This document shows, piece after piece, positions 28,253-37,101 of a DNA stretch of 52,193 bases. The notes under the pieces were generated by a model. That model saw only the letters and a list, made by a program, of their open reading frames with translations. It was not told the origin of the DNA and did not search any database. The position numbers and the translations under genes were made by a program. Each line of letters begins with the position of its first letter. The stretch's first letter is position 1. The stretch covers positions 1 to 52,193 of the IMG/VR virus record IMGVR_UViG_3300027863_000004; one strand, 5' to 3'. The stretch comes from a virus. Taxonomy: Duplodnaviria > Caudoviricetes.

Positions 28253-28254
28253 CT

Positions 28255-28569
28255 ATGGCACAAAAGAAAGATGAAGAAAAGCATGTATGGGCGCTCGTTG
28301 CATCTCGTTCTGATGGACATTACCTTCTTATGTTCATAACTGATGTGCCTGCAGATGTAGGAAAAGAAGAGATAGCTAAAAAGCTTGCCCTTACTCTTAC
28401 AACCCGCGGTATGTTGACATATCAATTTCACCTGACGCTACTAACACCAGAGATGGTAACGCTTCAGATGCTCTATGAGTTGGGCAAGGCAGAGAAAATA
28501 ACATGGGATGAACTGTGCGGAAATGTTAGCTGGTTGGAAAAACTACAACAGGAGGGTGATGTGCTATGA
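28255..28569 (+). CDS. Hypothetical protein, paralogue of 34286..34564
   Basis: Shares FITDVP and EKIT(W/Y)DEL with the 34286 product. Confidence 0.7.
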   Translation: MAQKKDEEKHVWALVASRSDGHYLLMFITDVPADVGKEEIAKKLALTLTTRGMLTYQFHLTLLTPEMVTLQMLYELGKAEKITWDELCGNVSWLEKLQQEGDVL

Positions 28570-28817
28570 CGCAAAAAGAACAGGCACTTAAAGAGCGCAT
28601 AGAGGAGCTTGAAGAGCGCCTTGAAGCCCTCGCAGACGCAAATGCAACACTTGAAGAGGAGGTGATGGAATGGGAAGCGTTGGCATTGGATTTGTATTTC
28701 GCCTACAAGGACTGTGAAGGTAAATTAACACCAAGGCTTGAGAAGGCGATAAAGAACATCGTTCACTTTCTTGGAATACCTAACAAGGAGGGTGAGGAAG
28801 ATGATAAGGACGCATAG
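28566..28817 (+). CDS. Small coiled-coil protein
   Basis: Heptad-like LKERIEELEERLEAL; SD GGAGGG. Confidence 0.65.
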   Translation: MTQKEQALKERIEELEERLEALADANATLEEEVMEWEALALDLYFAYKDCEGKLTPRLEKAIKNIVHFLGIPNKEGEEDDKDA

Positions 28818-29112
28818 AATAACTCGTGGTGCAACACTTAGTGTCACCAAGACATTCAGCATCAAAAGTAAGCCATTCGTTGAAGACCAAGATGAAGCTC
28901 TGTCTGTGCTACTAAATGAAGTTGCACTATATGTGAAGAAGCACAAGCCAGTTATCATCTCTATGCAGGTGCAGAAGGGACAGAACTATTGCTCTAAGTG
29001 TGGCGTGTGGGAAGTTGAGTGGACTGTCATTCTCACTACATCTGCACCACAGCCAGAGAAGCCAATCTATGACGAGGACACTGGCTCATACTATGTCATG
29101 GTAACAGAGTAG
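28801..29112 (+). CDS. Hypothetical protein with CxxC
   Basis: ORF with SD; contains CSKC. Confidence 0.6.
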   Translation: MIRTHRITRGATLSVTKTFSIKSKPFVEDQDEALSVLLNEVALYVKKHKPVIISMQVQKGQNYCSKCGVWEVEWTVILTTSAPQPEKPIYDEDTGSYYVMVTE

Positions 29113-29125
29113 GTGGTGATAGGCA

Positions 29126-30016
29126 ATGACAGGATACCCTGGCGGGAAATACTTCTTTGCAAGATGGATTATCTCTCATTTCCCGCCAGGGTATGAAAAT
29201 TTAATGTATGTGGAAGTGTTTGGTGGCATGGGTTGGGTATTGCTGAAGAAAAAGCCAAGTAAAATTGAAGTGTTCAACGACATCAATGGTGACATAGTCA
29301 CTGTGTTCACTCAAGTGAGAGATAACACTGAAGAGCTACAGCGCTGGCTGTTTTGGACACCATACTCAAGAACTCTCTTTAGAGTGCTACAGACAAAGTG
29401 GAAAAACCGTGAATTTAAAAATGACCTTGAAAGAGCTGGCATATTTATCTACTTGTTATGCACATCTTATGGTGGTAAATACTACTCAACATTCACTGCA
29501 CCTGGGAAAAAGGTAAACACATATAGACCATTCACTCCAATAGCAGGCTATAACTCACTCATAGACAACCTCACTCACATAGCACATAGGCTAAGAAATG
29601 TCATCATTGAAAACCTTGACTATCGTGAGCTACTTTCAAAGTATGACACTCCAAACACTTTGTTCTACTTAGACCCACCATACCTTGGCAGAGAATACTA
29701 TGGTTGCCCTATCTGGACTGAAGATGATTACATTGAGTTACATAGCCACATAACCAAACTACAAGGAAAATGGATACTTTCTCATGATGAACATCCATTT
29801 GTTGAGGAGCTGTTCAAAGACTACTATTGTGTGCGGAAAGAAAGACGCTTGTCACTTGATAAGGAAAGGCGAAAAAAGGCGGTTGAGTTGTTGTTCATGA
29901 ATTACGCACCAACCAAGCCAATTGAATTTGCAAGCACATTTATATTATGGGAGAGCCAAGCCTCTCTCCTCAATCCACAACACCAAAGGGGGGATAAAGT
30001 ATGGGATTGCAGGTAA
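29126..30016 (+). CDS. Dam-family (D12-class) N6-adenine DNA methyltransferase
   Basis: YPGGK, YVEVFGGMG, EVFNDIN, IENLDY and FYLDPPY motifs. Confidence 0.93.
   Translation: MTGYPGGKYFFARWIISHFPPGYENLMYVEVFGGMGWVLLKKKPSKIEVFNDINGDIVTVFTQVRDNTEELQRWLFWTPYSRTLFRVLQTKWKNREFKNDLERAGIFIYLLCTSYGGKYYSTFTAPGKKVNTYRPFTPIAGYNSLIDNLTHIAHRLRNVIIENLDYRELLSKYDTPNTLFYLDPPYLGREYYGCPIWTEDDYIELHSHITKLQGKWILSHDEHPFVEELFKDYYCVRKERRLSLDKERRKKAVELLFMNYAPTKPIEFASTFILWESQASLLNPQHQRGDKVWDCR
29922..29951 (+). promoter_or_regulatory. Promoter-like motif TTGAAT-N18-TATGGG
   Basis: Same motif class as 25996 and 38943; inside the MTase 3' end, upstream of the AAA_24 gene. Confidence 0.55.
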
Positions 30017-31044
30017 AAAAGCTTGGGAAACAGCCCATCAAGCATGCAACCATAGCAGTCTACGGACCACCTAAGGGTGGAAAGACGACATTTGGCGCGA
30101 AGGTTGCCCGCGCCCTTGGTGGTCTGGTAGTGGACATTGAGAAAGGAACGGATTTCTTACCGTTCCATGTTGATGGCGTTCAGCCTGAGAGTTGGGAAGA
30201 GTTGCTTGCTATACCGAGTGAGTTCGGTGGCAAGTATCCGTGCATTGTCATTGACACTTTGGACGCTGCTTACGACTTGTTGGCGAACTATGTTGAAGCA
30301 CAGATTGGAACAGACCTTGAGAAGGCGGCGTATGGCAAGGGCTTCGCGCTTGCACGCATCAGCATTGTTGACTGGATTAGGGCACTGCGAAAGAGCTTCC
30401 AGCTCGTTGTCTTCCTAATCCATGTAAAGCCAGGACTGGAAGCTGGCGCATCAACGGTGGACTTGCCAGGGAAGACGGGGCGTGCAGTCCTGGCAGAGTG
30501 TGACGCGATAGGTAACATCAGTGTGCAGGTAATAGAAGGTAGGTTAGTTTACCAGGTCTCATTCTCTCCAGCGGCAGGCAATGTCGGAGCGCGTATTCCA
30601 GCACTACACAACGCAGTGTTTCCTGCAGAAGCCGAGGAACTGCTCAGGAGACTGAATTTGGCAACAGAGAGACCACAAGAGCTCCCAGTTGAAGAAGAGG
30701 AAGCGCCAACAGTGGTAGCGCCCACTGACCCAGTTGAACTGATTGAAGAAGTGCTTGATGCGCCAGTTGAAGAAGAGAAGTCGTTCCCACAATTCCTGCA
30801 GGAGAAACTCGCTGATGCTATGAAGAAGAATGAGGCGATTGCGGCAGTTGTAAGGCTGATGGTAAAGATTTACAACTCGTCAGAAATATCAGACCCTGAG
30901 CGAGAGCAAATGGAACAACTTGGAAAGGAATGGGCGGAGATTGTAGCATCAAACAAGCCTTGGAAGGCGCAGGAGTTCTACAAGCAAAAACTGCGCCCGT
31001 TCTTGGAAGAGTTGAAGAAGAAAGTATCACCTAATGGCACATAA
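30001..31044 (+). CDS. AAA_24 / Sak4-like ATPase (single-strand annealing recombinase)
   Basis: YGPPKGGKTT Walker A, DIEKG, IVIDT Walker B and YGKG motifs. Confidence 0.8.
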   Translation: MGLQVKKLGKQPIKHATIAVYGPPKGGKTTFGAKVARALGGLVVDIEKGTDFLPFHVDGVQPESWEELLAIPSEFGGKYPCIVIDTLDAAYDLLANYVEAQIGTDLEKAAYGKGFALARISIVDWIRALRKSFQLVVFLIHVKPGLEAGASTVDLPGKTGRAVLAECDAIGNISVQVIEGRLVYQVSFSPAAGNVGARIPALHNAVFPAEAEELLRRLNLATERPQELPVEEEEAPTVVAPTDPVELIEEVLDAPVEEEKSFPQFLQEKLADAMKKNEAIAAVVRLMVKIYNSSEISDPEREQMEQLGKEWAEIVASNKPWKAQEFYKQKLRPFLEELKKKVSPNGT

Positions 31045-31086
31045 GAGCCATCCTCTCCGCCGTCTCAGCCTGTCTCGCTACCCGCG

Positions 31087-31114
31087 CAGGGGACGGCTTA
31101 AAAGCCGTCCCCTG
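31087..31114. terminator. GC-rich inverted repeat (13-bp arms)
   Basis: caggggacggctt-aa-aagccgtcccctg downstream of the AAA gene; no clear U-tract on the + strand. Confidence 0.5.
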
Positions 31115-31140
31115 TAAAATCCACAAAGGGGTGAAGCGCA

Positions 31141-31413
31141 ATGTCATGGGAAGACAATCCGCAAACGAGGGACGTTGCAAGATATGTTCTGGAAGGTGGT
31201 GACCCCCAAGTGTTGTTGTCGGATAAGCCGTATATCTCTGGTGTTGGCTATGCAAGATGTTGTAAATGTGGCAAGATGGTAGATGTGACATTTGTAGGCA
31301 TTAAGACTGTTGGTCGTTTGTTAAAAGAGGGAAAGTTCTTTTGTAGTAAGTGCAAGGGGAGTGAACGGAATGGCACGCAAGCTCTAAAAGAAGGAGGTGA
31401 TGATGATGAGTAA
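31141..31413 (+). CDS. Small Zn-ribbon protein
   Basis: CCKC...CSKC. Confidence 0.65.
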   Translation: MSWEDNPQTRDVARYVLEGGDPQVLLSDKPYISGVGYARCCKCGKMVDVTFVGIKTVGRLLKEGKFFCSKCKGSERNGTQALKEGGDDDE

Positions 31414-31684
31414 GTGGTTGATGGTTGAAAACGGAAGCCACATTACTTGCGTCAACTTGAACAACATCGGAAGGTTGGATATTGTTGAGATTGGCGATAG
31501 AGCTGAACTTTCCTTTTACAGCATTACAGGCACGCTAATCTATGTGTTTGTCATACCTGCATCGTCTCTCCCAAAGTTTCTGCAACTTCTCACCTACGCT
31601 ACAGGCGGAATCGCACCTTGGAGGAGAGCAATCCATGAAGTGTCAGCGGCAGAACTGCAACAAGAGAGCAACAAGGTGGATTAA
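31397..31684 (+). CDS. Hypothetical protein
   Basis: SD GGAGGTG; overlapping gene chain. Confidence 0.65.
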   Translation: MMMMSKWLMVENGSHITCVNLNNIGRLDIVEIGDRAELSFYSITGTLIYVFVIPASSLPKFLQLLTYATGGIAPWRRAIHEVSAAELQQESNKVD

Positions 31685-31892
31685 GTTCGGTGAGAACATG
31701 CTCTATATGTGCAAAGAGCACTATGAAAAAGAGCGTGATGCGCTAAGAAAAATGGCGTTCTGGTGTAACATTGGGTTTAGTGATGGAAAAATCCAAAAGG
31801 AGGTGAAGAAAGATGAAGTGCGTCGTGTGCGGAGAAAACGAAGCCAAAATATACGACTACAGAATAAGCCCAGACAGCGAAGTATACACTAA
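31635..31892 (+). CDS. Small Cys/His protein
   Basis: SD GGAGGAG before ATG 31635; MKCQRQNC...CKEH. Confidence 0.55.
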   Translation: MKCQRQNCNKRATRWIKFGENMLYMCKEHYEKERDALRKMAFWCNIGFSDGKIQKEVKKDEVRRVRRKRSQNIRLQNKPRQRSIH

Positions 31893-32049
31893 GTATCCTG
31901 TGTGCTATGCATGTGCACTGCTAACTGACGCCAAGTTCTTCTCTAAACTTGCGCGAAGGAGGAGGATGGAACATGAGGCTGAAAGACGAGCAAAGGATAA
32001 TCAACGCAGTCAAAAGAAGGTGCGCCAAACACGGGTTAAAAATAGTTAG
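31813..32049 (+). CDS. Small Zn-finger protein
   Basis: MKCVVC...CYAC; SD GGAGGTG. Confidence 0.6.
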   Translation: MKCVVCGENEAKIYDYRISPDSEVYTKYPVCYACALLTDAKFFSKLARRRRMEHEAERRAKDNQRSQKKVRQTRVKNS

Positions 32050-32272
32050 CATCAGAAATAAGCCCGTGCATGGCGTCAAGAGAATAAGGATTGTGTTCAC
32101 TATCACTAATTCCGACACACAGGAGCTGTATCTTGTGATTAATGAGGTTGAGTATCAACGGAAATGTAGGAGGAGGTGGTATGAAGTAATACAACCTACA
32201 ATACCATTCTTTATGTCGTATGACAAAATGACAGAGGCGTTCAAACAAATCACTCAACTCCTTGAGAGGTGA
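31973..32272 (+). CDS. Basic hypothetical protein
   Basis: SD GGAGGA before MRLKDE. Confidence 0.55.
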   Translation: MRLKDEQRIINAVKRRCAKHGLKIVSIRNKPVHGVKRIRIVFTITNSDTQELYLVINEVEYQRKCRRRWYEVIQPTIPFFMSYDKMTEAFKQITQLLER

Positions 32273-32508
32273 TGAAAATGCAAGAAGCATGGGTTAAAGT
32301 GAATAGTGACGGGAAGGTGTCTTGTCCATTCTGCGGAGCGCGCTATACCATCGTGATTGACGACGATGGTATGAGCGCGGAAGAAGTGGTGAAGTGCTCG
32401 CACTGGACTGGAGAATGGGATACCTATCTGGGCACGCCACCACATGTGGAGTTCTTGTTTGTTAGTGACACACGGGAGGTGAATGATGATGAAGGGAGTC
32501 GTAGATAA
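32269..32508 (+). CDS. Small Zn-ribbon protein
   Basis: CPFC...CSH. Confidence 0.6.
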   Translation: MMKMQEAWVKVNSDGKVSCPFCGARYTIVIDDDGMSAEEVVKCSHWTGEWDTYLGTPPHVEFLFVSDTREVNDDEGSRR

Positions 32509-32782
32509 AGTTGGTGAAGATGCAGTCGCAACTGTGGTTTATCTGTATCTTGATGAGCTCGCGCGCACAATTGGCAAGAGTGTAAGTGATTTTAAGAGCG
32601 TGCGCGAGCTCATTGATGCAGTAATGAGCGAGTTGGGAGACGAGGATGGCACAATTGATGGGAGTATTTTAAACTGTGTGGAAGAGCGAGTATATGCTCG
32701 CTTCAGACAGGAATGGGGATGGCTTCTACCTGAACCCCACTGGAGCGAAGTGAACGAAGCTATCTATTCACTCTGGTCATGA
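32483..32782 (+). CDS. Hypothetical protein
   Basis: SD GGGAGGTG; last gene before the cassette region. Confidence 0.65.
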   Translation: MMMKGVVDKVGEDAVATVVYLYLDELARTIGKSVSDFKSVRELIDAVMSELGDEDGTIDGSILNCVEERVYARFRQEWGWLLPEPHWSEVNEAIYSLWS

Positions 32783-32805
32783 TGCACATATACACGGGAA
32801 GTAAG

Positions 32806-32853
32806 CACATAGGCACATAGACATATAGCACACATAGGCACATAGATACATAG
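32806..32853 (+). repeat. CATAG microrepeat array (~8-nt period)
   Basis: gcacataggcacatagacatatagcacacataggcacatagatacatag. Confidence 0.85.
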
Positions 32854-32936
32854 CGCCAGTAGGAGGTCAATAGCGACGATGTTCCCGTTTGTGACAGAGA
32901 CGCTCACCTCCGTGCCTCCTGCTGGCGCAATTTTTT
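32853..32936 (+). terminator. Long-loop hairpin with T-tract
   Basis: gcgccagtaggagg (32853-66) pairs with cctcctgctggcgc (32915-28), followed by T6. Confidence 0.7.
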
Positions 32937-32963
32937 AAAATGGTTGGCGCAAAATTTTGGGGA

Positions 32964-32992
32964 TTGGGTTTTCATTTCTCATATCTTATGAG
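32964..32992 (+). promoter_or_regulatory. Promoter-like motif TTGGGT-N17-TATGAG
   Basis: Same spacing and motif as at 37558 and 38470. Confidence 0.6.
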
Positions 32993-33026
32993 CTACCAAA
33001 ATTTAATCTCAAAGAGGTGAGCGACG

Positions 33027-33665
33027 ATGAAAGTGCGTGTGAAATATGAAGTGTATGACTTGGAAGGTTCGTTCTCTATGCCGTTAAGTGATTTCATCAA
33101 CATTACGGAAGTGCCAGAAGAATTGTTCCCAAATACCTATCGCCCAATAACGCTCAACGATGTTGCAGAGATACTGCGCTCACTCGGTGCGTATGTGCCA
33201 GACGAGCCCTTCCTTAGCGACATAGGAAGGGCGATAGACGAACTTGAGTTGACTTGGAGCGGAACAAATACCTACAACTGGAATTGGTGGGGACCGACGC
33301 TGGATTTCGCAAAGATAAAGATAAGCGACAACAAAACTGTTGTGCGCATTGGGGTTCACTTGTTCGGTGATGTCAGGACGAACTACGAGTGGTATTGGTA
33401 TCTTGTCAGCAAGCCGTATGAAGAGGTATCAATCCTTGACATAATCGGCTCGCTTGAGTTGCGTATGCTTGTTGAGTTCGAGGACGGAACAACCGAGTAT
33501 GCATCATGCGTTGATGAAGAAGGCGCTCGTTGGCAAGCAGGGTATGATTGCCCGTTTGTCGCAGAGAACCTTAATGAAATCCTTGAAGCGGCGCCTCCTT
33601 GGGAGACGCCAGCGGAAGGCGTTGAAATTGAAATAGGAGGTGATGACGATGAAGGAGAGGAATAG
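33027..33665 (+). CDS. Acidic hypothetical protein (early-like)
   Basis: 212 aa, SD GAGGTG, contains NTYNW and HLFGDVRTNY motifs. Confidence 0.7.
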   Translation: MKVRVKYEVYDLEGSFSMPLSDFINITEVPEELFPNTYRPITLNDVAEILRSLGAYVPDEPFLSDIGRAIDELELTWSGTNTYNWNWWGPTLDFAKIKISDNKTVVRIGVHLFGDVRTNYEWYWYLVSKPYEEVSILDIIGSLELRMLVEFEDGTTEYASCVDEEGARWQAGYDCPFVAENLNEILEAAPPWETPAEGVEIEIGGDDDEGEE

Positions 33666-34044
33666 TTGGGAAGAGGAGCTCATTAGGTTGCGGGACTGGG
33701 AAGAGCGGTTAATGCCTGTAGCACCCGAAGTTGTGGAGAAAGTAAAAGCGCTTGAGGATAGAGGATTTATGGTTTGTGTGGTTGAGCCAGGAGCGAAGCT
33801 GGTTTTTGAGAGTGGGTCGTCGTCTTCGTCTATCGCGTGGTTAGAAAAGTCATGGTGGGTTGTGTGTGGGAAGCCGATTGAAAGGCAAGTTGGTATAAAA
33901 AATTGGCGAGCAGGCACGGCGGGTGGTAGTTTCATACAAACAGAGGTGACGATGAATGTCGGAGATGCTATAGCGGAAGAGGTGTGGGATAGCTTGGGCA
34001 TGGAATTACGGATAAGACGCAGGATTTATGTTGCAGTTCCATAA
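33649..34044 (+). CDS. Hypothetical protein
   Basis: SD GGAGGTG. Confidence 0.65.
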   Translation: MKERNSWEEELIRLRDWEERLMPVAPEVVEKVKALEDRGFMVCVVEPGAKLVFESGSSSSSIAWLEKSWWVVCGKPIERQVGIKNWRAGTAGGSFIQTEVTMNVGDAIAEEVWDSLGMELRIRRRIYVAVP

Positions 34045-34064
34045 CAACTACGGAGGTGATAAAA

Positions 34065-34286
34065 ATGCCTAAGTGCCCAGTGTGCGGCGAGGAAATAGAC
34101 CATCTTGTCGCATTCGCAACTGATGTTGTAGAGTGTGTGGTTGAGGTTGTGGACGGTAGGTTAATGGTAACTGAGGTTGATAAAGAATGCGGCGGTCTTG
34201 AAAGTTTCCTTTGTCCAAAGTGTGACGCTGAGCTATTTAAAACGCTCAGCGACGCAGAACAATTCCTTAAGGGAGGTGAGATGTAA
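34065..34286 (+). CDS. Small Zn-ribbon protein
   Basis: CPVC...CPKC. Confidence 0.7.
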   Translation: MPKCPVCGEEIDHLVAFATDVVECVVEVVDGRLMVTEVDKECGGLESFLCPKCDAELFKTLSDAEQFLKGGEM

Positions 34287-34564
34287 TGAGGAAGTGGGCG
34301 GTCGTCCACTTAATCCATGTGCGTGTGCCCCGCACGCACATTGCGCGACTGTTCATAACAGATGTGCCCGATGGGGTGACGGCTGCCGAACTAAAGTCCC
34401 TGCTTACACGGGCAGGGTTTTGGTTCGGCGAATTCGGTATACGGTGGGCGAACCACTACATCGCTCCTCAGGACGAATGGGAAGACGAAGTAGTAGGGGC
34501 GTTCAAGAGGGGCGATGTAGAAAAAATCACATACGATGAGCTTGTAAAACAGAGCGAGATATAG
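34286..34564 (+). CDS. Hypothetical protein, paralogue of 28255..28569
   Basis: FITDVP and EKITYDEL motifs. Confidence 0.7.
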   Translation: MRKWAVVHLIHVRVPRTHIARLFITDVPDGVTAAELKSLLTRAGFWFGEFGIRWANHYIAPQDEWEDEVVGAFKRGDVEKITYDELVKQSEI

Positions 34565-34596
34565 TCTCATAGCCTCATAGCCTCATAGTCGCATGT

Positions 34597-34703
34597 AAGC
34601 CCCAGCGCCTTGTCGCTAAGTTTCCCGCTCCTAAGGAAAAAGAGGAGCACGCCAACTGGGCACGATGCCCTTGACGAAACAAGGCGCTGGGGCTTTTGTT
34701 TTT
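34597..34703 (+). terminator. Branched hairpin (17-bp closing stem, two internal hairpins) with T-rich tail
   Basis: Closing stem aagccccagcgccttgt / acaaggcgctggggctt; internal stems gctcct..aggagc and gggca..tgccc. Confidence 0.7.
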
Positions 34704-34774
34704 GGATTTTCATGTTAAGCTATTTTGTGAAGCTAAACCAAACTAAACTAAACTAATGTGCGGAGGTGAGCGTT

Positions 34775-35479
34775 ATGGAGATAATGGAAAAGGCGAAAAA
34801 GCAGTGGGAATTAGTAGAGAGGTGCATACGGGATTGTCGGCGAGTATACCTGTTCGGCCCCCCGGGCGTGGGAAAGACACATTGCGCTCGGGAAATGTTA
34901 GGGAAGCTCGGATTACAGGCATGGCGGGTAGTCCTCAACGAAGACATTGCGGTTCAGGAACTGCTGGGCATGTTTATGCCCAGGTCGGGAGAATTCGTAT
35001 GGATGGACGGGCCTTTTGTAATGGCGATGCGCAAAGGGGGTTTAATTATAGACGAAATTCACCGAGCGTCAGGTGCCGTTCTTGATATGCTATTGGGAGT
35101 GTTAGACGATAACCCGTCGGGTGTAAGTTTACCGACGGGGGAAACTATTGCTCCTCATTCTCATTTTCGGGCGGTCGCTACTGCCAATGTGCCGCCCGAC
35201 GGGCTGGATGCGGCGCTGGTGGATAGGTTTGAGACCGTTTTGTGCGTCAGCTACCCGCATCCTCAGCTCGTCGAGGTGCTGAACCAGCAAATTGAAGGCT
35301 TAGGGACGTTTGTCCTGAAGTCTTACGAAGATGAGAACCCCGTGTCGCCGAGGCGGGCACTCAATTTTGCCCGCCTCGTGCGCGAATGGCGGTGGAACGA
35401 GACAGATGCTGCGAGAGTTACATTTGGCGATGAGCGCGCAGAGGAACTACTTGCGGCGTTGGCGATAAGTAAGGCGTAA
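34775..35479 (+). CDS. MoxR/CbbQ/NorQ-like AAA+ ATPase (AAA_5)
   Basis: GPPGVGKT Walker A, FVWMDGP, LIIDEI Walker B, FRAVATAN, ALVDRF and SPR motifs. Confidence 0.9.
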   Translation: MEIMEKAKKQWELVERCIRDCRRVYLFGPPGVGKTHCAREMLGKLGLQAWRVVLNEDIAVQELLGMFMPRSGEFVWMDGPFVMAMRKGGLIIDEIHRASGAVLDMLLGVLDDNPSGVSLPTGETIAPHSHFRAVATANVPPDGLDAALVDRFETVLCVSYPHPQLVEVLNQQIEGLGTFVLKSYEDENPVSPRRALNFARLVREWRWNETDAARVTFGDERAEELLAALAISKA

Positions 35480-35494
35480 AACACCTCGTGAAGC

Positions 35495-35530
35495 ATGGGC
35501 GCTGGTAGTATACTACCAGCGCCCATTTTG
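35495..35530. terminator. Perfect 32-bp palindrome with T-rich tail
   Basis: atgggcgctggtagta|tactaccagcgcccat. Confidence 0.65.
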
Positions 35531-35563
35531 TTTTATGGAGCGTAAACTTAAAAACGGAGGTGA

Positions 35564-36970
35564 GTGAAGGTGAAGAAGAAAAAAGTGCGTCCAATTCCCG
35601 CTGGCGTGTTGGCGGGGAAATACGAAATAGTTGACTCTGATGGGCACGGCGGCTCTTTGCCGCCGCTGGAAGGTAGGGCGGGAAGATTTATAGCCCCGCT
35701 CTATGATGGAGACGTGGAAAGGTATGTCAGATACCACGAATACGGGCATCTGAAATTATGCGATGCCTGTTCGTTACGGACACCGCTGGATGTTGTTAAC
35801 AAAGTCCTTTCTCTACTGCCGCAGCCGTATGACGCTGCGGTAGTAGAGCACTGGGTGCATGGCGTGACTGATGCCGTTGTCAATTATGTGGTTCACGAGT
35901 CGGGAGCGTCAAAGTATTTCGATACCATCAATGTAGTTGATTATTACGTGAGTGGGATTGTGAAACAGTTGCGAAAGGCGAAAAATGAAGACCTGCGCAA
36001 AAGAGTGGCGTTAACTGCTTATGCTGCGTTACTGCCATTTAGTTATTCTTCCGTTGCATACAAAAAGTTGCAAAAGGTTTTGTCGGCTGCGTCGCTTGAA
36101 GACACTGCCACGAGGGCGTTGACAGATGTCCTTTTGACGTTATTCGGGCAATTTAATGCGGGAAGGCTAACCGAAGATAGCCTTGCTTCTGCTGTCGCCG
36201 CCCTTCTTCTCCTCTACGAAAAGCCGATAGAGGAGGAAAAGAAAGGTGAAGATGAGGGTGAGGGTGGAGACGAAGGCGAAGACGAAGGCGAAGGCGAAGG
36301 CGGAAGACATGGTGAAGATGGATTAGATAAGCTCGTCCAGCACCTTGCCTGCCGTGCCTACGAGGCGCCAGAGGCGCCTCGCAACACATGGGGCGAGATG
36401 ACTATAGTTACACCGCCGCTAACCAAAACGAAGTATTCTATGCCATTATCGCGGCGGTGGGCAAGGGGATATTGCGGGGCGCTAAGATATCCGTGGCGGA
36501 TTATCACGGATGGAAAACTGTTCGGGCTGAAGAAGGACAGGGAGGGCGCTGCAATCTTAATTGATTGCAGCGGCTCAATGTGTCCGAGACCAGAACTTAT
36601 TGCGCAGATTGTCGCTCTCGCTCCTGCCAGTATTGTCGCATTGTATGCGTCAGAGAGGGACACATTAAAGCGAGGAAAACTGGTGATAGTTGCAGACAAA
36701 GGTAGAATGGCGGATGTAGAAAAGCTGGTGGAGATGGAATTCGGAAACGGTAACGTGGTTGATGGTCCTGCGCTTAGATGGCTTTCAAAACAACGTCAGC
36801 GTGTGAAAATATGGATATCTGACGGAAACGTAACTGGAGTAGGCGATGCTGGAAGCTATCATTTAACGCTCGACGCATTTTCAATATGTAAGCGGGCGCG
36901 GATTCGACGAATTAACTCCCTCGAGGAAGCGCTGGAATATTTCCAGCGTCTCTACGGGAGGAGGCGATGA
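35564..36970 (+). CDS. vWA-domain protein with N-terminal HExxH motif (MoxR partner, CobT-like architecture)
   Basis: RYHEYGH, an acidic G/D/E linker, MIDAS IDCSGSM, and WISDG. Confidence 0.8.
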   Translation: MKVKKKKVRPIPAGVLAGKYEIVDSDGHGGSLPPLEGRAGRFIAPLYDGDVERYVRYHEYGHLKLCDACSLRTPLDVVNKVLSLLPQPYDAAVVEHWVHGVTDAVVNYVVHESGASKYFDTINVVDYYVSGIVKQLRKAKNEDLRKRVALTAYAALLPFSYSSVAYKKLQKVLSAASLEDTATRALTDVLLTLFGQFNAGRLTEDSLASAVAALLLLYEKPIEEEKKGEDEGEGGDEGEDEGEGEGGRHGEDGLDKLVQHLACRAYEAPEAPRNTWGEMTIVTPPLTKTKYSMPLSRRWARGYCGALRYPWRIITDGKLFGLKKDREGAAILIDCSGSMCPRPELIAQIVALAPASIVALYASERDTLKRGKLVIVADKGRMADVEKLVEMEFGNGNVVDGPALRWLSKQRQRVKIWISDGNVTGVGDAGSYHLTLDAFSICKRARIRRINSLEEALEYFQRLYGRRR

Positions 36971-37101
36971 CAATGGTATGGGTGTTGATATTAGTTGTAT
37001 TGGTTATTGCAGTTGTAACGCAAAATGAGTTAATGCTTGCCCTTGCGCTCCTACTCCTGGTAGGAGCGCTTGGGCGGGCGGTGAGGAGGTGGTTGGAATG
37101 A
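36967..37101 (+). CDS. 44-aa hydrophobic membrane miniprotein (absent from the ORF track)
   Basis: MTMVWVLILVVLVIAVVTQNELMLALALLLLVGALGRAVRRWLE; SD GGAGG; ATGA overlaps on both sides. Confidence 0.65.
   Translation: MTMVWVLILVVLVIAVVTQNELMLALALLLLVGALGRAVRRWLE

Noticed and set aside
34597-34695. Hammerhead ribozyme (CGAAAC seen)
   Set aside because: The CUGANGA core is absent on both strands.
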